Below are positions 1 through 9,640 of a stretch of 36,772 bases of DNA, one piece after another; the stretch's first letter is position 1; each line of letters begins with the position of its first letter. The stretch covers positions 1 to 36,772 of the IMG/VR virus record IMGVR_UViG_3300020045_006747; one strand, given 5' to 3'. The DNA comes from a virus (lineage: Duplodnaviria > Caudoviricetes). Made by a program: the position numbers and the translations under genes. The notes beneath the pieces are model-generated. The model did no database searches and was not told the DNA's origin. It was given only the letters and a program-made list of their open reading frames with translations.

Positions 1-1
1 C

Positions 2-940
2 ATCGCAATGACGCGTTTGGCGCAACTTGCCGAAACCACGCCGGGCAATTATCTGACCCCACGGGCGTTCTATGATATGAACCCCACCAACAAGATGCAC
101 TGGGCATATAAGATATTCATCCAGAAGATCGAACCGGAAACCAAGAAGCCTTTGAGTCATCCGGAAAACTTCGTGAACTGCAAGATGAACCCGGAAGACA
201 ACACCGAGAACCTCTCCAGCACTTATATGGAGACGTTGAAGGCTCTCAGCCCCCGTCTTCGCAAGCGTTTTTTGCTCGGTGAATTCGCGGATGCTACCAA
301 TAATGCTCTTTTCAATGATGAAAATTTCGAGCTTTGGCGTGTCATTGATGGCGTTTTGCCTGATATGGTGCGCATTATCATTAGTGTTGATCCTTCTGGT
401 GCCGGTGACACGAATAACGCTGATAATGATGCTATCGGAATCATTGTCGCTGGAATTGGCGTGGACGGATATTGTTACATCATGGAAGATATTACCGTAA
501 AAGCTGGTCCCGCTACATGGGGAAAGGTGGTCACAGATGCATATGACCGTCATGAAGCCGATGCGGTAGTAGCTGAAGTAAATTATGGCGGGGCCATGGT
601 CAAGCACGTGATCCAAACTGCACGTCCGCACACTAATTTCCGTAAAGTCACTGCAACTCGCGGCAAAGTCGTTCGGGCAGAACCCATTTCGGCGCTCTAT
701 GAGCAGGGCAAAGTGCGCCACGTTGGGTATATGCGGGATCTCGAAGACGAACTCTCGGCGTTCACAACAAACGGATACATCGGGGAAAATAGCCCGAATC
801 GGGCCGATGCGCTCGTGTGGGCGGTTTCTGAATTGTTCCCTGGAATCATCAAACCCCGCAAAGAGAAGAAGGCCGAAGAAGCCGCTCGACCGCGTGAATA
901 CTCTGGCCGTGGAATGGCCTCTTCTTGGATGGGATCATAA
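2..940 (+). CDS. terL: Terminase large subunit, C-terminal part (5' truncated by the window edge)
   Basis: The frame is open from the window start. It has the ATPase motif III-like YDMNP and RNase H-type nuclease motifs ISVDPSG, DAIGI, AEVNYGG, GKVVRAEP and NRADALVWA. It lies directly upstream of the portal. Confidence 0.93.
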   Translation: MAMTRLAQLAETTPGNYLTPRAFYDMNPTNKMHWAYKIFIQKIEPETKKPLSHPENFVNCKMNPEDNTENLSSTYMETLKALSPRLRKRFLLGEFADATNNALFNDENFELWRVIDGVLPDMVRIIISVDPSGAGDTNNADNDAIGIIVAGIGVDGYCYIMEDITVKAGPATWGKVVTDAYDRHEADAVVAEVNYGGAMVKHVIQTARPHTNFRKVTATRGKVVRAEPISALYEQGKVRHVGYMRDLEDELSAFTTNGYIGENSPNRADALVWAVSELFPGIIKPRKEKKAEEAARPREYSGRGMASSWMGS

Positions 941-3063
941 TGGCTGATAATAAAGATATCCTCTCAACCGCCCGTGCCCGCCTTGATATGGCGATCGCGG
1001 CCTACAGTGAGTCGCGTGAAGATGAAATTGACGATCTTCGATTTTTTGCGGGTTCCCCTGACAATCAGTGGCAATGGCCTGCAGATGTTCTGGCTACACG
1101 TGGCGCTGTGCAAGGTCAAACCATCAATGCGCGCCCGTGTCTCACGATCAACAAGCTCCCGCAGCACGTCCGGCAAGTCACGAACGACCAAAGGCAAAAC
1201 CGGCCATCCGGTGCGGTCATCCCGGTCGACGATAAAGCGGATGTCGAAGTAGCTGAAATATTCGATGGGCTTATCCGACACATCGAATACATCTCCGATG
1301 CAGATGTCGCATATGATACCGCCTGCGAGAATCAAGTCGCATACGGTGAAGGATTCATCCGGCTACTTACAGAGTATTGTGATGACAATACTTTTGATCA
1401 GGACATTAAAATTGCGCGAGTTCGGAACTCTTTTTCGGTCTATATGGACCCAACGATTCAGGACCCATGCGGAGCGGACGCAAAGTGGTGCTTCATCACT
1501 GAGGATCTGCTCAAAGATGAGTATGTTCGGACATACCCGAATGCTGCCCCGATATCCACACTACAGTCTTTGGGTGTTGGCGATGAATCTTTATCGAACT
1601 GGTTAGCCGAAGATACCGTTCGGATCGCTGAGTATTTCTACTTTGAGCGCAAAAAGTCTACTCTGAACCTCTATCCGGGCAATGTGACTGCCACGGAAGG
1701 TTCTTTGGATGACCGTAAGATGAAGGCGGTCTACGGAAAGCCCATTCGATCACGTCCGGTGGATGTGAAGCAGGTCAAGCGCATCAAGACCAACGGCTAC
1801 GAAGTTCTGGAAGAGAATGATTGGGTTGGGAAATATATCCCCGTAGTTCGTGTGATTGGTAACGAATTTGAAGTGAACGGCAAGTTATTTATTTCCGGGC
1901 TGGTTCGCAACGCCAAAGATGCCCAACGGATGTATAATTATTGGGTATCCCAAGAGGCCGAAATGTTGGCGTTGGCTCCAAAAGCACCATTTATTGGGTA
2001 TGGCGGTCAGTTTGAGGGATATGAAACCCAATGGAAGACAGCCAACACCACTAACTGGCCGTATTTGGAGATCAATCCTGATGTGACGGATGGTGCAGGC
2101 CAAGTTTTACCCCTTCCGCAGCGGGCACAGCCCCCGATGGCGTCTTCAGGTCTTCTCCAGGCAAAAGCGGGCGCTGCTGACGATATTAAATCGACCACTG
2201 GGCAATATGACTCCAGCCTTGGCGCTCAGTCGAACGAAAGATCGGGAAAAGCAATCCTTGCCCGTGAAAAGCAAACCGATACTGGAACGTACCATTTCGT
2301 CGACAACCTCGCCCGTGCGATTCGTTACGTTACCCGACAAATTGTTGATATGGCCCCAAAGATCTACGATACTGAACGTGTCGCCCGAATCATCGGTGAA
2401 GACGGGGAAATCAGCCAAGCCCGAGTAAACCCCCAACAGGCTGAACCAGTCCGCAAGATCGTCGATCAGCAGGGTATCGTGATCGAGAAGATCTATAACC
2501 TCGGTGTCGGTAAATATGACGTCCGTGTCACGACCGGCCCAAGTTATATGACCAAGCGCCAAGAAGCTCTCGAAGGTATGGGCCGACTGCTTGAAGGCAA
2601 TCCGGAACTCTGGAAAGTTGCCGGTGACCTATTTGTCAAGAACATGGATTGGCCGGGCGCACAGGAAATGTCCAAGCGCTTCGCCAAGACTATTGATCCC
2701 AAGTTGCTTGCCGGTGATGACCAGTCTCCTGAGCTTCAAGCCGCCCAACAACAGATGGAGGCCATGGGCAAGGAAATGGAGCAGATGCACAGCATGCTGC
2801 AGAATGTTTCCAAATCCATGGAGTCTCAGACCTTGCAGAACGACCACTTCTTGGCGGACATCGCGGCGTTCAAGGCAGAGACAGAGCGCCTGAAAGCACT
2901 TTCCGATACCGCAGCAGCTACCCCGGTGGCCCAAGACATTCACAACGTGGTCAAGCAGTACATCCAAGAGATTCTTGCAAATCCCACGCTCGAAGAAGAA
3001 GAACCCGCTTCGTTCGAGCAATATGAACAGTACGGCCAACAACAGCAACTCCCCCCACAATAA
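940..3063 (+). CDS. P22-like portal protein
   Basis: About 707 aa from the ATG at 940 (TAATG overlap with terL). Motifs: DDLRF..G..QW, RPCLTINKL, GLVRNAKDAQRMYNYW, SGKAILARE, GKYDV.V.TGPSY.TKRQEA, and a C-terminal helical barrel. Confidence 0.93.
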   Translation: MADNKDILSTARARLDMAIAAYSESREDEIDDLRFFAGSPDNQWQWPADVLATRGAVQGQTINARPCLTINKLPQHVRQVTNDQRQNRPSGAVIPVDDKADVEVAEIFDGLIRHIEYISDADVAYDTACENQVAYGEGFIRLLTEYCDDNTFDQDIKIARVRNSFSVYMDPTIQDPCGADAKWCFITEDLLKDEYVRTYPNAAPISTLQSLGVGDESLSNWLAEDTVRIAEYFYFERKKSTLNLYPGNVTATEGSLDDRKMKAVYGKPIRSRPVDVKQVKRIKTNGYEVLEENDWVGKYIPVVRVIGNEFEVNGKLFISGLVRNAKDAQRMYNYWVSQEAEMLALAPKAPFIGYGGQFEGYETQWKTANTTNWPYLEINPDVTDGAGQVLPLPQRAQPPMASSGLLQAKAGAADDIKSTTGQYDSSLGAQSNERSGKAILAREKQTDTGTYHFVDNLARAIRYVTRQIVDMAPKIYDTERVARIIGEDGEISQARVNPQQAEPVRKIVDQQGIVIEKIYNLGVGKYDVRVTTGPSYMTKRQEALEGMGRLLEGNPELWKVAGDLFVKNMDWPGAQEMSKRFAKTIDPKLLAGDDQSPELQAAQQQMEAMGKEMEQMHSMLQNVSKSMESQTLQNDHFLADIAAFKAETERLKALSDTAAATPVAQDIHNVVKQYIQEILANPTLEEEEPASFEQYEQYGQQQQLPPQ

Positions 3064-3072
3064 GGATACACC

Positions 3073-3558
3073 ATGGCAAGCTTGATGCCCCCCGGCAAAC
3101 AACAATATTTCGCAGCCAGCGGTGCCCCTCTCGCTGGAGGTAAGCTCTATACTTACGCTGCCGGTACTTCATCGCCTTTGTCGACTTATTCCGACAAGGC
3201 CGGAGTCACCCCGAACACGAATCCCGTGATTCTAGATGCCCGTGGTGAAGCGTCGGTATTTTGGGGTCCGGCTGGATATAAGGCAGTCCTCAAGGACGCC
3301 AATGATGTTCTAATTTGGACCCAAGACAATCTTTACGCCGCAGATTCTACGGATTTTCAACAAGTAGTGGTAACAGCCACGGAGGGGCAAACCGTGATTG
3401 GACTAGGCGGTACTTATATGCCCGGCACCAATGCACTGGCCGTGTATTGTAATGGTCTTCGCTTATCGATGTCAGATTACATTGAGTCATCAACCACGGC
3501 CATTACGTTGGTAAACCCCGCAACATTGGGCGATGAATTTTTAATCGATAAAAAATAA
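3073..3558 (+). CDS. Stand-alone tailspike/tail-fibre N-terminal (virion-binding) adaptor domain protein
   Basis: GAPLAGGKLYTYAAGT...NTNPVILDARGEA...YKAVLKDANDVLIWTQDN is typical of podovirus tailspike N-termini. It is followed by a TATEGQT...VYCNGLR beta-domain. RBS AAGGA. Confidence 0.7.
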   Translation: MASLMPPGKQQYFAASGAPLAGGKLYTYAAGTSSPLSTYSDKAGVTPNTNPVILDARGEASVFWGPAGYKAVLKDANDVLIWTQDNLYAADSTDFQQVVVTATEGQTVIGLGGTYMPGTNALAVYCNGLRLSMSDYIESSTTAITLVNPATLGDEFLIDKK

Positions 3559-3584
3559 GTAAAATGAATGTGTCTGAGGAGTAA

Positions 3585-3613
3585 TTGACAGCCCTTCCTC
3601 GATAGAGTAAAAT
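3585..3613 (+). promoter_or_regulatory. Sigma70-type promoter upstream of the scaffold/capsid genes
   Basis: TTGACA (3585-3590), a 17-bp spacer and TAAAAT (3608-3613), in an intergenic gap. Confidence 0.8.
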
Positions 3614-3659
3614 CACAAAATCGTACTGGTGCGAATCATCAGGGAATCCAAGGATTCAA

Positions 3660-4415
3660 ATGGACCCCGAAATTGGGCAAGAAGTAATAACGGAGTCACT
3701 ATCCGTGCCAGAAAAGGTCGTAACGGCTACACCTGAATCTGTACCTGAAACGCCGGAAGAAAAGCCAGTTGAAGCCCCCAAGACTTTCACACAGGAAGAA
3801 TTGGACGCAGCAATCGGCAAGAGGCTTGCGAGAGAGCAACGCAAATGGGAACGGGAACGCCAAGCGCAACCCGCTGCGCCCCTGAATGTTCCACCGCCTG
3901 AGCAATTTGAATCGGTTGAAGCTTACGCTGAAGCCCGTGCAGTTGCCTTGATGGAACAGAAGGAGCAGCGGCGTCAGCAGTCGCAGATTATTGAGAGTTA
4001 CCACGAGAAGGAAGAGGAAGCCCGTGGAAAGTACGATGACTTCGAGCAAGTCGCATACAACCCAGGCATCCCGATCACTCAAGTGATGGCTCAGACGATC
4101 CAAAGCTCTGATGTTGGCCCCGATGTCGCCTATTACTTGGGTTCAAACCCCAAAGAAGCAGCGCGCATTTCCAAGTTAGCGCCATTCCTGCAGGCCAAGG
4201 AAATCGGGCGAATTGAAGCCAAATTGGCCGACGCGCCCCCAGTGAAAAAGGCTTCAAGTGCCCCCGCACCTTTCGCGCCTGTCACTGCCAGATCGTCGGG
4301 TTCCCCGGCAATTGATACCACTGATCCTCGGTCTATCAAGACCATGAGTACATCAGACTGGATCGCGGCGGATCGGTTGAGGCAGGTCAAGAAACTTGAA
4401 GCGCAGCGTCGTTAA
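3660..4415 (+). CDS. Capsid scaffolding protein
   Basis: Acidic Pro/Glu-rich N-terminus, KTFTQEELDAAIGKRLARE coiled coil, GPDVAYYLGSNPKEAARI. Immediately upstream of the coat gene. Confidence 0.85.
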   Translation: MDPEIGQEVITESLSVPEKVVTATPESVPETPEEKPVEAPKTFTQEELDAAIGKRLAREQRKWERERQAQPAAPLNVPPPEQFESVEAYAEARAVALMEQKEQRRQQSQIIESYHEKEEEARGKYDDFEQVAYNPGIPITQVMAQTIQSSDVGPDVAYYLGSNPKEAARISKLAPFLQAKEIGRIEAKLADAPPVKKASSAPAPFAPVTARSSGSPAIDTTDPRSIKTMSTSDWIAADRLRQVKKLEAQRR

Positions 4416-4435
4416 CATTACTTTTTGAGGAAACC

Positions 4436-5644
4436 ATGTCCAATTCCATTCTCACGATCGATATGATCACCCGCAAGGCTCTGGAAATTCTGGAGAACAA
4501 CCTTGTGCTGACCCGCAACGTGAACCGTCAATATGACGACTCTTTTGCAGTTGAAGGGGCCAAGATCGGCTCTACCTTGCGTATCCGCATTCCGGATCGT
4601 GCCTTGGTCACTGACGGTGCCGCCCTGCAAGTCCAGGACGACAACGAGCAGTTCACCACTTTGTCTGTCGCCAGCCAGAAACATATCGGCGTGAATTTCA
4701 CTTCCGCCGAACTGACCATGCAATTAGATGACTTCGCTGAACGTGTGTTGAAGCCTCGCATCAGCCAGTTGGCCGCTTCCATTGACGCTGATGTGGCGAA
4801 TGCTTACAAGTCGATCGCCGCTTCCGTGGGCACCCCCGGCACTGTTCCTTCCACTTCGCTGGTCCTGCTGCAGGCCCAACAGAAGTTGAATGAAGCTGCT
4901 GCTGTGATGACCCCGCGTTACGCCACCGTCAATCCTGCCGCTAATGGCGGTTTGGTTGAAGGCATGAAGGGCTTCTTCAACCCCACCGACACCATCAGTC
5001 GCCAGTTCAAGAACGGCATGATGGGTACTGGCGTGTTGGGATATGAAGAAATCAACATGTCTCAGTCAGTCAAGGTCCATACCACCGGTACCCGTACCAA
5101 TGGCACTGTTGGTACTACGGTGTCCGCGCAAGGGCAATCGACTGTTGCGTTAGCCGGTTTGGGTGCGAGTGGCACGATTACTGTTGGTGATGTCTTCACG
5201 ATCAGCGGTGTGTATGCGGTTAACCCGCAAACCCGCGAAACCACTGGATCGCTCCAGCAGTTCGTGGTGACCGCTGCGGATACCGCATCTGGTGGTGGTG
5301 CGACTACTGTCACGGCAATCTATCCCCCGATTTATACGGCAGTCCATGCTTTGGCGACGGTTGACAGTTTCCCGCAATCCGGCGCTACTGTGACTTGGAT
5401 CGGCGCTGCGAATAGCCAGTATCCGCAAAACTTGGTATACCACAAAGACGCGATCACGTTTGCGACCGCTGACTTGCTGCTGCCCCAAGGCGTAGATATG
5501 GCTTCGCGTCAGGTGCATAATGGCATTTCTTTGCGGATCGTGCGCCAGTACGACATCAACAACGACCGGATGCCTTGCCGGATCGACGTGTTGTACGGTT
5601 ACAGCACCATTCGTCCGCAGATGGCTTGCCGCCTCTGGGGTTGA
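4436..5644 (+). CDS. Major capsid protein, P22 coat (gp5) family
   Basis: 402 aa. Motifs MSNSILTIDMITRKALEILENNL, AKIGSTLRIR.P, LKPRISQLAASID, NLVYHKDAITFAT and RIDVLYG. RBS GAGG. Confidence 0.93.
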   Translation: MSNSILTIDMITRKALEILENNLVLTRNVNRQYDDSFAVEGAKIGSTLRIRIPDRALVTDGAALQVQDDNEQFTTLSVASQKHIGVNFTSAELTMQLDDFAERVLKPRISQLAASIDADVANAYKSIAASVGTPGTVPSTSLVLLQAQQKLNEAAAVMTPRYATVNPAANGGLVEGMKGFFNPTDTISRQFKNGMMGTGVLGYEEINMSQSVKVHTTGTRTNGTVGTTVSAQGQSTVALAGLGASGTITVGDVFTISGVYAVNPQTRETTGSLQQFVVTAADTASGGGATTVTAIYPPIYTAVHALATVDSFPQSGATVTWIGAANSQYPQNLVYHKDAITFATADLLLPQGVDMASRQVHNGISLRIVRQYDINNDRMPCRIDVLYGYSTIRPQMACRLWG

Positions 5645-5649
5645 TATTC

Positions 5650-5682
5650 GGGGCTTCGGCCCCAGTTCCTTTTATTCATTTT
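5650..5682 (+). terminator. Hairpin/intrinsic terminator after the coat gene
   Basis: GGGGC-TTCG-GCCCC stem-loop followed by a T-rich tract (AGTTCCTTTTATTCATTTTT). Confidence 0.6.
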
Positions 5683-5695
5683 TGGAGATTTAATC

Positions 5696-6106
5696 ATGGC
5701 ACTTCCTTCTATTGGCGGTGGTTCGCAAATTGGTGACGGCAACTTGAATGAGATTTTGTTGCGCGATCAGCCTGATGTCCAGACAGCCACGGTCACGGCC
5801 ACTTTGACTGTCGCACAGATCACGAACGGCATGCTGGTCGGTAACCCCAGTACCACCGCTGCGACTTACACTTTGCCGACTGGTGCCGCTGTCGATGCGA
5901 CGATCAGCAATGCGAAAGTTGGCAGCACGTTTGATCTGGCTATTGTCAATTTGGGCACTTCTACCGGTGTCATCACATTGGCCCCCGGCGCTGGTCTTAC
6001 TCTGGTCGGCCTGTTGACTCTTCCGACTGCTGCTGCCGGTTCTTCTGCGCAACTGCGCTTCCGCAAAACGGGCGTGGCTACTTGGGTGGCTTACCGCATC
6101 GCTTGA
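5696..6106 (+). CDS. Putative head decoration/cement protein
   Basis: 136 aa, Thr/Ala/Gly-rich beta-type protein directly after the coat gene. RBS GGAG. Confidence 0.6.
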   Translation: MALPSIGGGSQIGDGNLNEILLRDQPDVQTATVTATLTVAQITNGMLVGNPSTTAATYTLPTGAAVDATISNAKVGSTFDLAIVNLGTSTGVITLAPGAGLTLVGLLTLPTAAAGSSAQLRFRKTGVATWVAYRIA

Positions 6107-6130
6107 TTTCGTTGGAATTTAACCACAGGA

Positions 6131-6154
6131 ATGGCCCTTCGGGGCCATCTTCTT
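6131..6154 (+). terminator. Hairpin/weak terminator
   Basis: ATGGCCC-TTCG-GGGCCAT perfect 7-bp stem followed by CTTCTT. Confidence 0.55.
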
Positions 6155-6367
6155 ATGCCTACAATTTACCTTCAACATCCGATCCACGGGTCAAAAGTCG
6201 CTACAGTCGAAGCTGAGGCTGTTTACGATGAATCCAATGGCTGGACTCGGTATGATCCAAGTCCAGTGAATGCTTCTCAGGAGGTATTGACAGAAACCCC
6301 CTCTGAGGTGTACAATGAAATTGTACCTCCTCCACCACCCGAACACAAGTCGAAGAAGGCGAAATGA
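6155..6367 (+). CDS. Small hypothetical protein of the head module
   Basis: MPTIYLQHPIHGSKVA...GWTRYDP with a basic C-terminus. The start is placed after the hairpin, and the stop overlaps the next ATG. Confidence 0.65.
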   Translation: MPTIYLQHPIHGSKVATVEAEAVYDESNGWTRYDPSPVNASQEVLTETPSEVYNEIVPPPPPEHKSKKAK

Positions 6368-7080
6368 TGGCAACTACTGCTGGTGACCAAATCAACGCGG
6401 CATTGCGGTTAATAGGGATGCTGGCAGAAGGTGAAACACCGTCCTCCGAAACAGCGTTGGACGCGCTTGCCGCCATGAATCAAATGTTGGATTCGTGGAG
6501 CGTCGAACACCTGATGATCTACAATACCATCGATCAGGTGTTCACATGGCCTACCGACGAAATTCGACGCACACTTGGCCCATCTGGAGACTTTGTGGGG
6601 TTGCGTCCCGTGCTTCTGGAGGATTCCACGTACTTCCGCGATCCCGCTACGAATGTGTCGTTTGGAATTAAACAGATCAACCAGCAGCAATATGATGGCA
6701 TCGCAGTTAAGACGGTGACCAGCACGTATCCGCAAGTGATGTGGATCAACATGGAATATCCGGATATTTCGATGACCATCTACCCGAAGCCTTCGCGGGT
6801 ATTGGAGTGGCATTTCATTTCAGCGCAGGAGTTGCTGCAGGCACCATCATTGGCCGCTACTCTTGCGTTTCCTCCGGGGTACTTGCGGGCGTTCAAGTAC
6901 AATCTCGCATGTGAAATCGCGGGCGAGTTTGGTGTTGAACCGTCCACACAGGTGAAGCGCATCGCGATGGCGAGTAAACGCAATCTCAAACGCACGAATA
7001 ATGGTAATGACATCATGTCGTTGCCGTACGCTATCGTCGCCACCCGCCAGCGCTTCAATGTCTATGCCGGAAACTACTGA
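6364..7080 (+). CDS. Head-to-tail adaptor, P22 gp4-like
   Basis: TAGDQINAALRLIGMLAEGETPS...ALAAMNQMLDSW and AFKYNLACEIAGEFGVEP. Lies between the capsid module and the gp10-like gene. Confidence 0.8.
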   Translation: MMATTAGDQINAALRLIGMLAEGETPSSETALDALAAMNQMLDSWSVEHLMIYNTIDQVFTWPTDEIRRTLGPSGDFVGLRPVLLEDSTYFRDPATNVSFGIKQINQQQYDGIAVKTVTSTYPQVMWINMEYPDISMTIYPKPSRVLEWHFISAQELLQAPSLAATLAFPPGYLRAFKYNLACEIAGEFGVEPSTQVKRIAMASKRNLKRTNNGNDIMSLPYAIVATRQRFNVYAGNY

Positions 7081-8522
7081 TGAAGACCCCATTTCTCGGA
7101 AGTAGTTACGTTGCGCGCAGTATCAATGCTGCGGACAGCCGCTGCGTGAACTTATTCCCGGAAGCAGTACCTGAAGGCGGGAAAGAGGCGGGGTATTTCA
7201 GCCGGACCCCCGGACTGCGCCTATTGACTACTGTTGGTATTGGTCCGATTCGGGGGCTGTGGTCGCGTGGTGCGAACGACACCAATTTCTACGTTGTGTC
7301 CGGGACTGAATTGTACAAGATGGCTTCCCTGACCGCCACGCCCGTGAAGTTGGGGGATGTGTCGGGCCTTGGTCCGGTATCTATCGCGGACAACGGCACG
7401 CAGCTGTTTATTGCCTGTGGTGGCCCAAGCTACATCTATAACACCACTACAGGTGTGTTCAATAAGATCACAGATGCGGACTTCCCCGGCGCAGTAGCCG
7501 TCCAATATATTGACGGCTATTTTGTGTTCAATGAACCGAACAGCCAGCGGATGTGGGTAACAAGTTTGCTCGATGGGCTTGCTGTCGACCCCCTGGACTT
7601 CGCCAGCGCTGAAGGCTCCCCTGATGGCGTGGTTGCTATCGCCGTTGATCACCGTGAACTCTGGGTGTTCGGAACCGATACTGTTGAGGTCTGGTACGAC
7701 GCTGCCCTCGCCAGCTTCCCGTTTACCCGCATCCAAGGTGCGTTCAGTGAAATTGGCTGTATTGCCCCCTACTCGATCGCTAAATTGGATAGTGCCTTGT
7801 TCTGGCTTGGTGGTGATCCTCGTGGCTTTGGTATTGTTTATAAAAACAACGGGTATGCTGGCATTCGGATTTCGACCCACGCCATCGAGTTCGCAATCCA
7901 AAGTTATGGGAATACTTCCGATGCCGTGGCGTATACGTACCAGCAAGAGGGTCACGCTTTCTATGTCCTGAATTTCCCGACAGCCAACACCACGTGGGTA
8001 TTTGACGTAGCCACAGGCGTATGGCATGAGCGCGTCGGGTTTTCGGACGGGGTGTATACTCGCCACCGGTCAAACTGCCAATGCCAGTACGACAACACCA
8101 CTGTGGTTGGTGATTTTGAGAATGCTAATGTCTATGCCATGGATTTGAATGTTCATACGGATAACGGGCAAACTCAGAAATGGTTACGTTCGTGGCGGGC
8201 GTTACCGATGGGTAAAAACAATCTGAAGCGTACTGTTCAGCACAGCCTGCAACTCGATGCCGAAGCGGGGGTCGGGCTGCTTGAAGGTCAGGGATCAGAC
8301 CCGGAAGCCATGCTTCGTTGGTCCGATGATGGCGGCCACACTTGGAGCAGTGAACATTGGCGCTCGATGGGTAAGATCGGTGAATATGGTCGCCGTATCA
8401 TTTGGCGCAGACTTGGTATGACAGAGAAATTACGTGATCGGGTCTATGAAGTTTCCGGCACTGACCCGGTGAAGATTGCTCTGATGGGCGCAGAATTGTT
8501 GGTATCCCCGACCAATTCATGA
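7080..8522 (+). CDS. Tail hub/packaged DNA stabilization protein, P22 gp10-like
   Basis: 480 aa beta-rich protein. Motifs CVNLFPE, TPGL, DPLDFASAEGSPD, LRWSDDGGHTWS, WRRLG...RDRVYEVSGTDPVK. Confidence 0.88.
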   Translation: MKTPFLGSSYVARSINAADSRCVNLFPEAVPEGGKEAGYFSRTPGLRLLTTVGIGPIRGLWSRGANDTNFYVVSGTELYKMASLTATPVKLGDVSGLGPVSIADNGTQLFIACGGPSYIYNTTTGVFNKITDADFPGAVAVQYIDGYFVFNEPNSQRMWVTSLLDGLAVDPLDFASAEGSPDGVVAIAVDHRELWVFGTDTVEVWYDAALASFPFTRIQGAFSEIGCIAPYSIAKLDSALFWLGGDPRGFGIVYKNNGYAGIRISTHAIEFAIQSYGNTSDAVAYTYQQEGHAFYVLNFPTANTTWVFDVATGVWHERVGFSDGVYTRHRSNCQCQYDNTTVVGDFENANVYAMDLNVHTDNGQTQKWLRSWRALPMGKNNLKRTVQHSLQLDAEAGVGLLEGQGSDPEAMLRWSDDGGHTWSSEHWRSMGKIGEYGRRIIWRRLGMTEKLRDRVYEVSGTDPVKIALMGAELLVSPTNS

Positions 8523-8845
8523 TGGCTACTATCACCAATATCACCAATATTCCGGCACCCCGCGTGCCGTTCACAGATGAGCGCACGGGTTTGATTTCAC
8601 GTGAGTGGTATCGGTTCTTGTTGAATCTCTACACACTTTCAGGTGGTGGGCAAAGCGATACTTCACTGGCTGATTTGCAAGTCGGTCCATTGAATGGGGC
8701 CAACACAGGATTATTTCGCGATGAAATACAGCACATGGAGTTGGCTACAGATTTCGCCAATCAGAATGCGATACAGGCATTAGGACTAATCGCCACACTA
8801 AGGCCTGTGATGTCTAACGCTAAGGGAGCCTTTATACATGGCTGA
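8519..8845 (+). CDS. Tail-associated protein (tail-needle position)
   Basis: IPAPRVPFTDERTGLISREWYRFL N-terminus. ATGA-coupled to the gp10-like gene. Confidence 0.6.
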   Translation: MMATITNITNIPAPRVPFTDERTGLISREWYRFLLNLYTLSGGGQSDTSLADLQVGPLNGANTGLFRDEIQHMELATDFANQNAIQALGLIATLRPVMSNAKGAFIHG

Positions 8846-9164
8846 ACATTGGGGAATCTTAGCGCAAGTGAAATCAGTAGCGGCGGTGCTCACTAATGTT
8901 TATACTGCACCGCTTTCACGCAGGGCGACCGTGCTTGTGGTGATATGTAATGTGGGCGCTCCAGCGAATGTTCGGCTGGCTTATGCCGTCGGTGGCGCGG
9001 CAGATAACGTTTCGCAATATCTATTATATGATTTTAGTTTGGGTGCGAACGCGGCAGTCTCCACTGAAAAATTCACGATCAGTGAATCAGATGTACTTAG
9101 GGTATATTCCGATTCTGGTGACGTTGTGTTTAATGTGAATGGTATTGAAGAGTATGTCACTTAG
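8838..9164 (+). CDS. Small beta-sandwich virion protein
   Basis: 108 aa of alternating beta strands. RBS GGGAG. Same pattern as 11499-11834. Confidence 0.6.
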   Translation: MAEHWGILAQVKSVAAVLTNVYTAPLSRRATVLVVICNVGAPANVRLAYAVGGAADNVSQYLLYDFSLGANAAVSTEKFTISESDVLRVYSDSGDVVFNVNGIEEYVT

Positions 9165-9175
9165 GGGTAAATATT

Positions 9176-9640
9176 ATGGCAGCAGGTGATTTCAAATGGT
9201 TCGCGCAAGGTCTGCACGATATCGGCAATAAGCTGATTGACCTTGATACGGATGTACTAAAATTTGGTCTAATAACAAACTCAGTGGTGCCTACGGTCGC
9301 CACCGCTGTCCCGTGTTGGGGAGCCGGTGGCACTACCGACTTCAGTACCACGCAAGTCACCGTAGCCACAAGCTACGCTGGGCCTGTTACATTGAACACA
9401 GTTACATGGACAAAAGATGCGACGGGCGCTGTGCTTGATGCGGCGAACCCGGCTGTGATCGCACAGGATGCTTCGGGTGCTACAAATATCGCGTATCTGA
9501 TCCTATATTCAGATACATCCGTGAATAAAAAGTGTATTGGATATATGGAATTGTCTACCACTGGGGCTATCAGTCTGGTATCTGGCCCTTTAACTATCAC
9601 ATTCAACGCATCGGGGATGCTGAGAATCACGCAGTCATGA
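9176..9640 (+). CDS. Hypothetical tail protein
   Basis: 154 aa, IDLDTDVLKFGL...LTITFNASG. Thr/Ala-rich, in the tail block. Confidence 0.6.
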   Translation: MAAGDFKWFAQGLHDIGNKLIDLDTDVLKFGLITNSVVPTVATAVPCWGAGGTTDFSTTQVTVATSYAGPVTLNTVTWTKDATGAVLDAANPAVIAQDASGATNIAYLILYSDTSVNKKCIGYMELSTTGAISLVSGPLTITFNASGMLRITQS

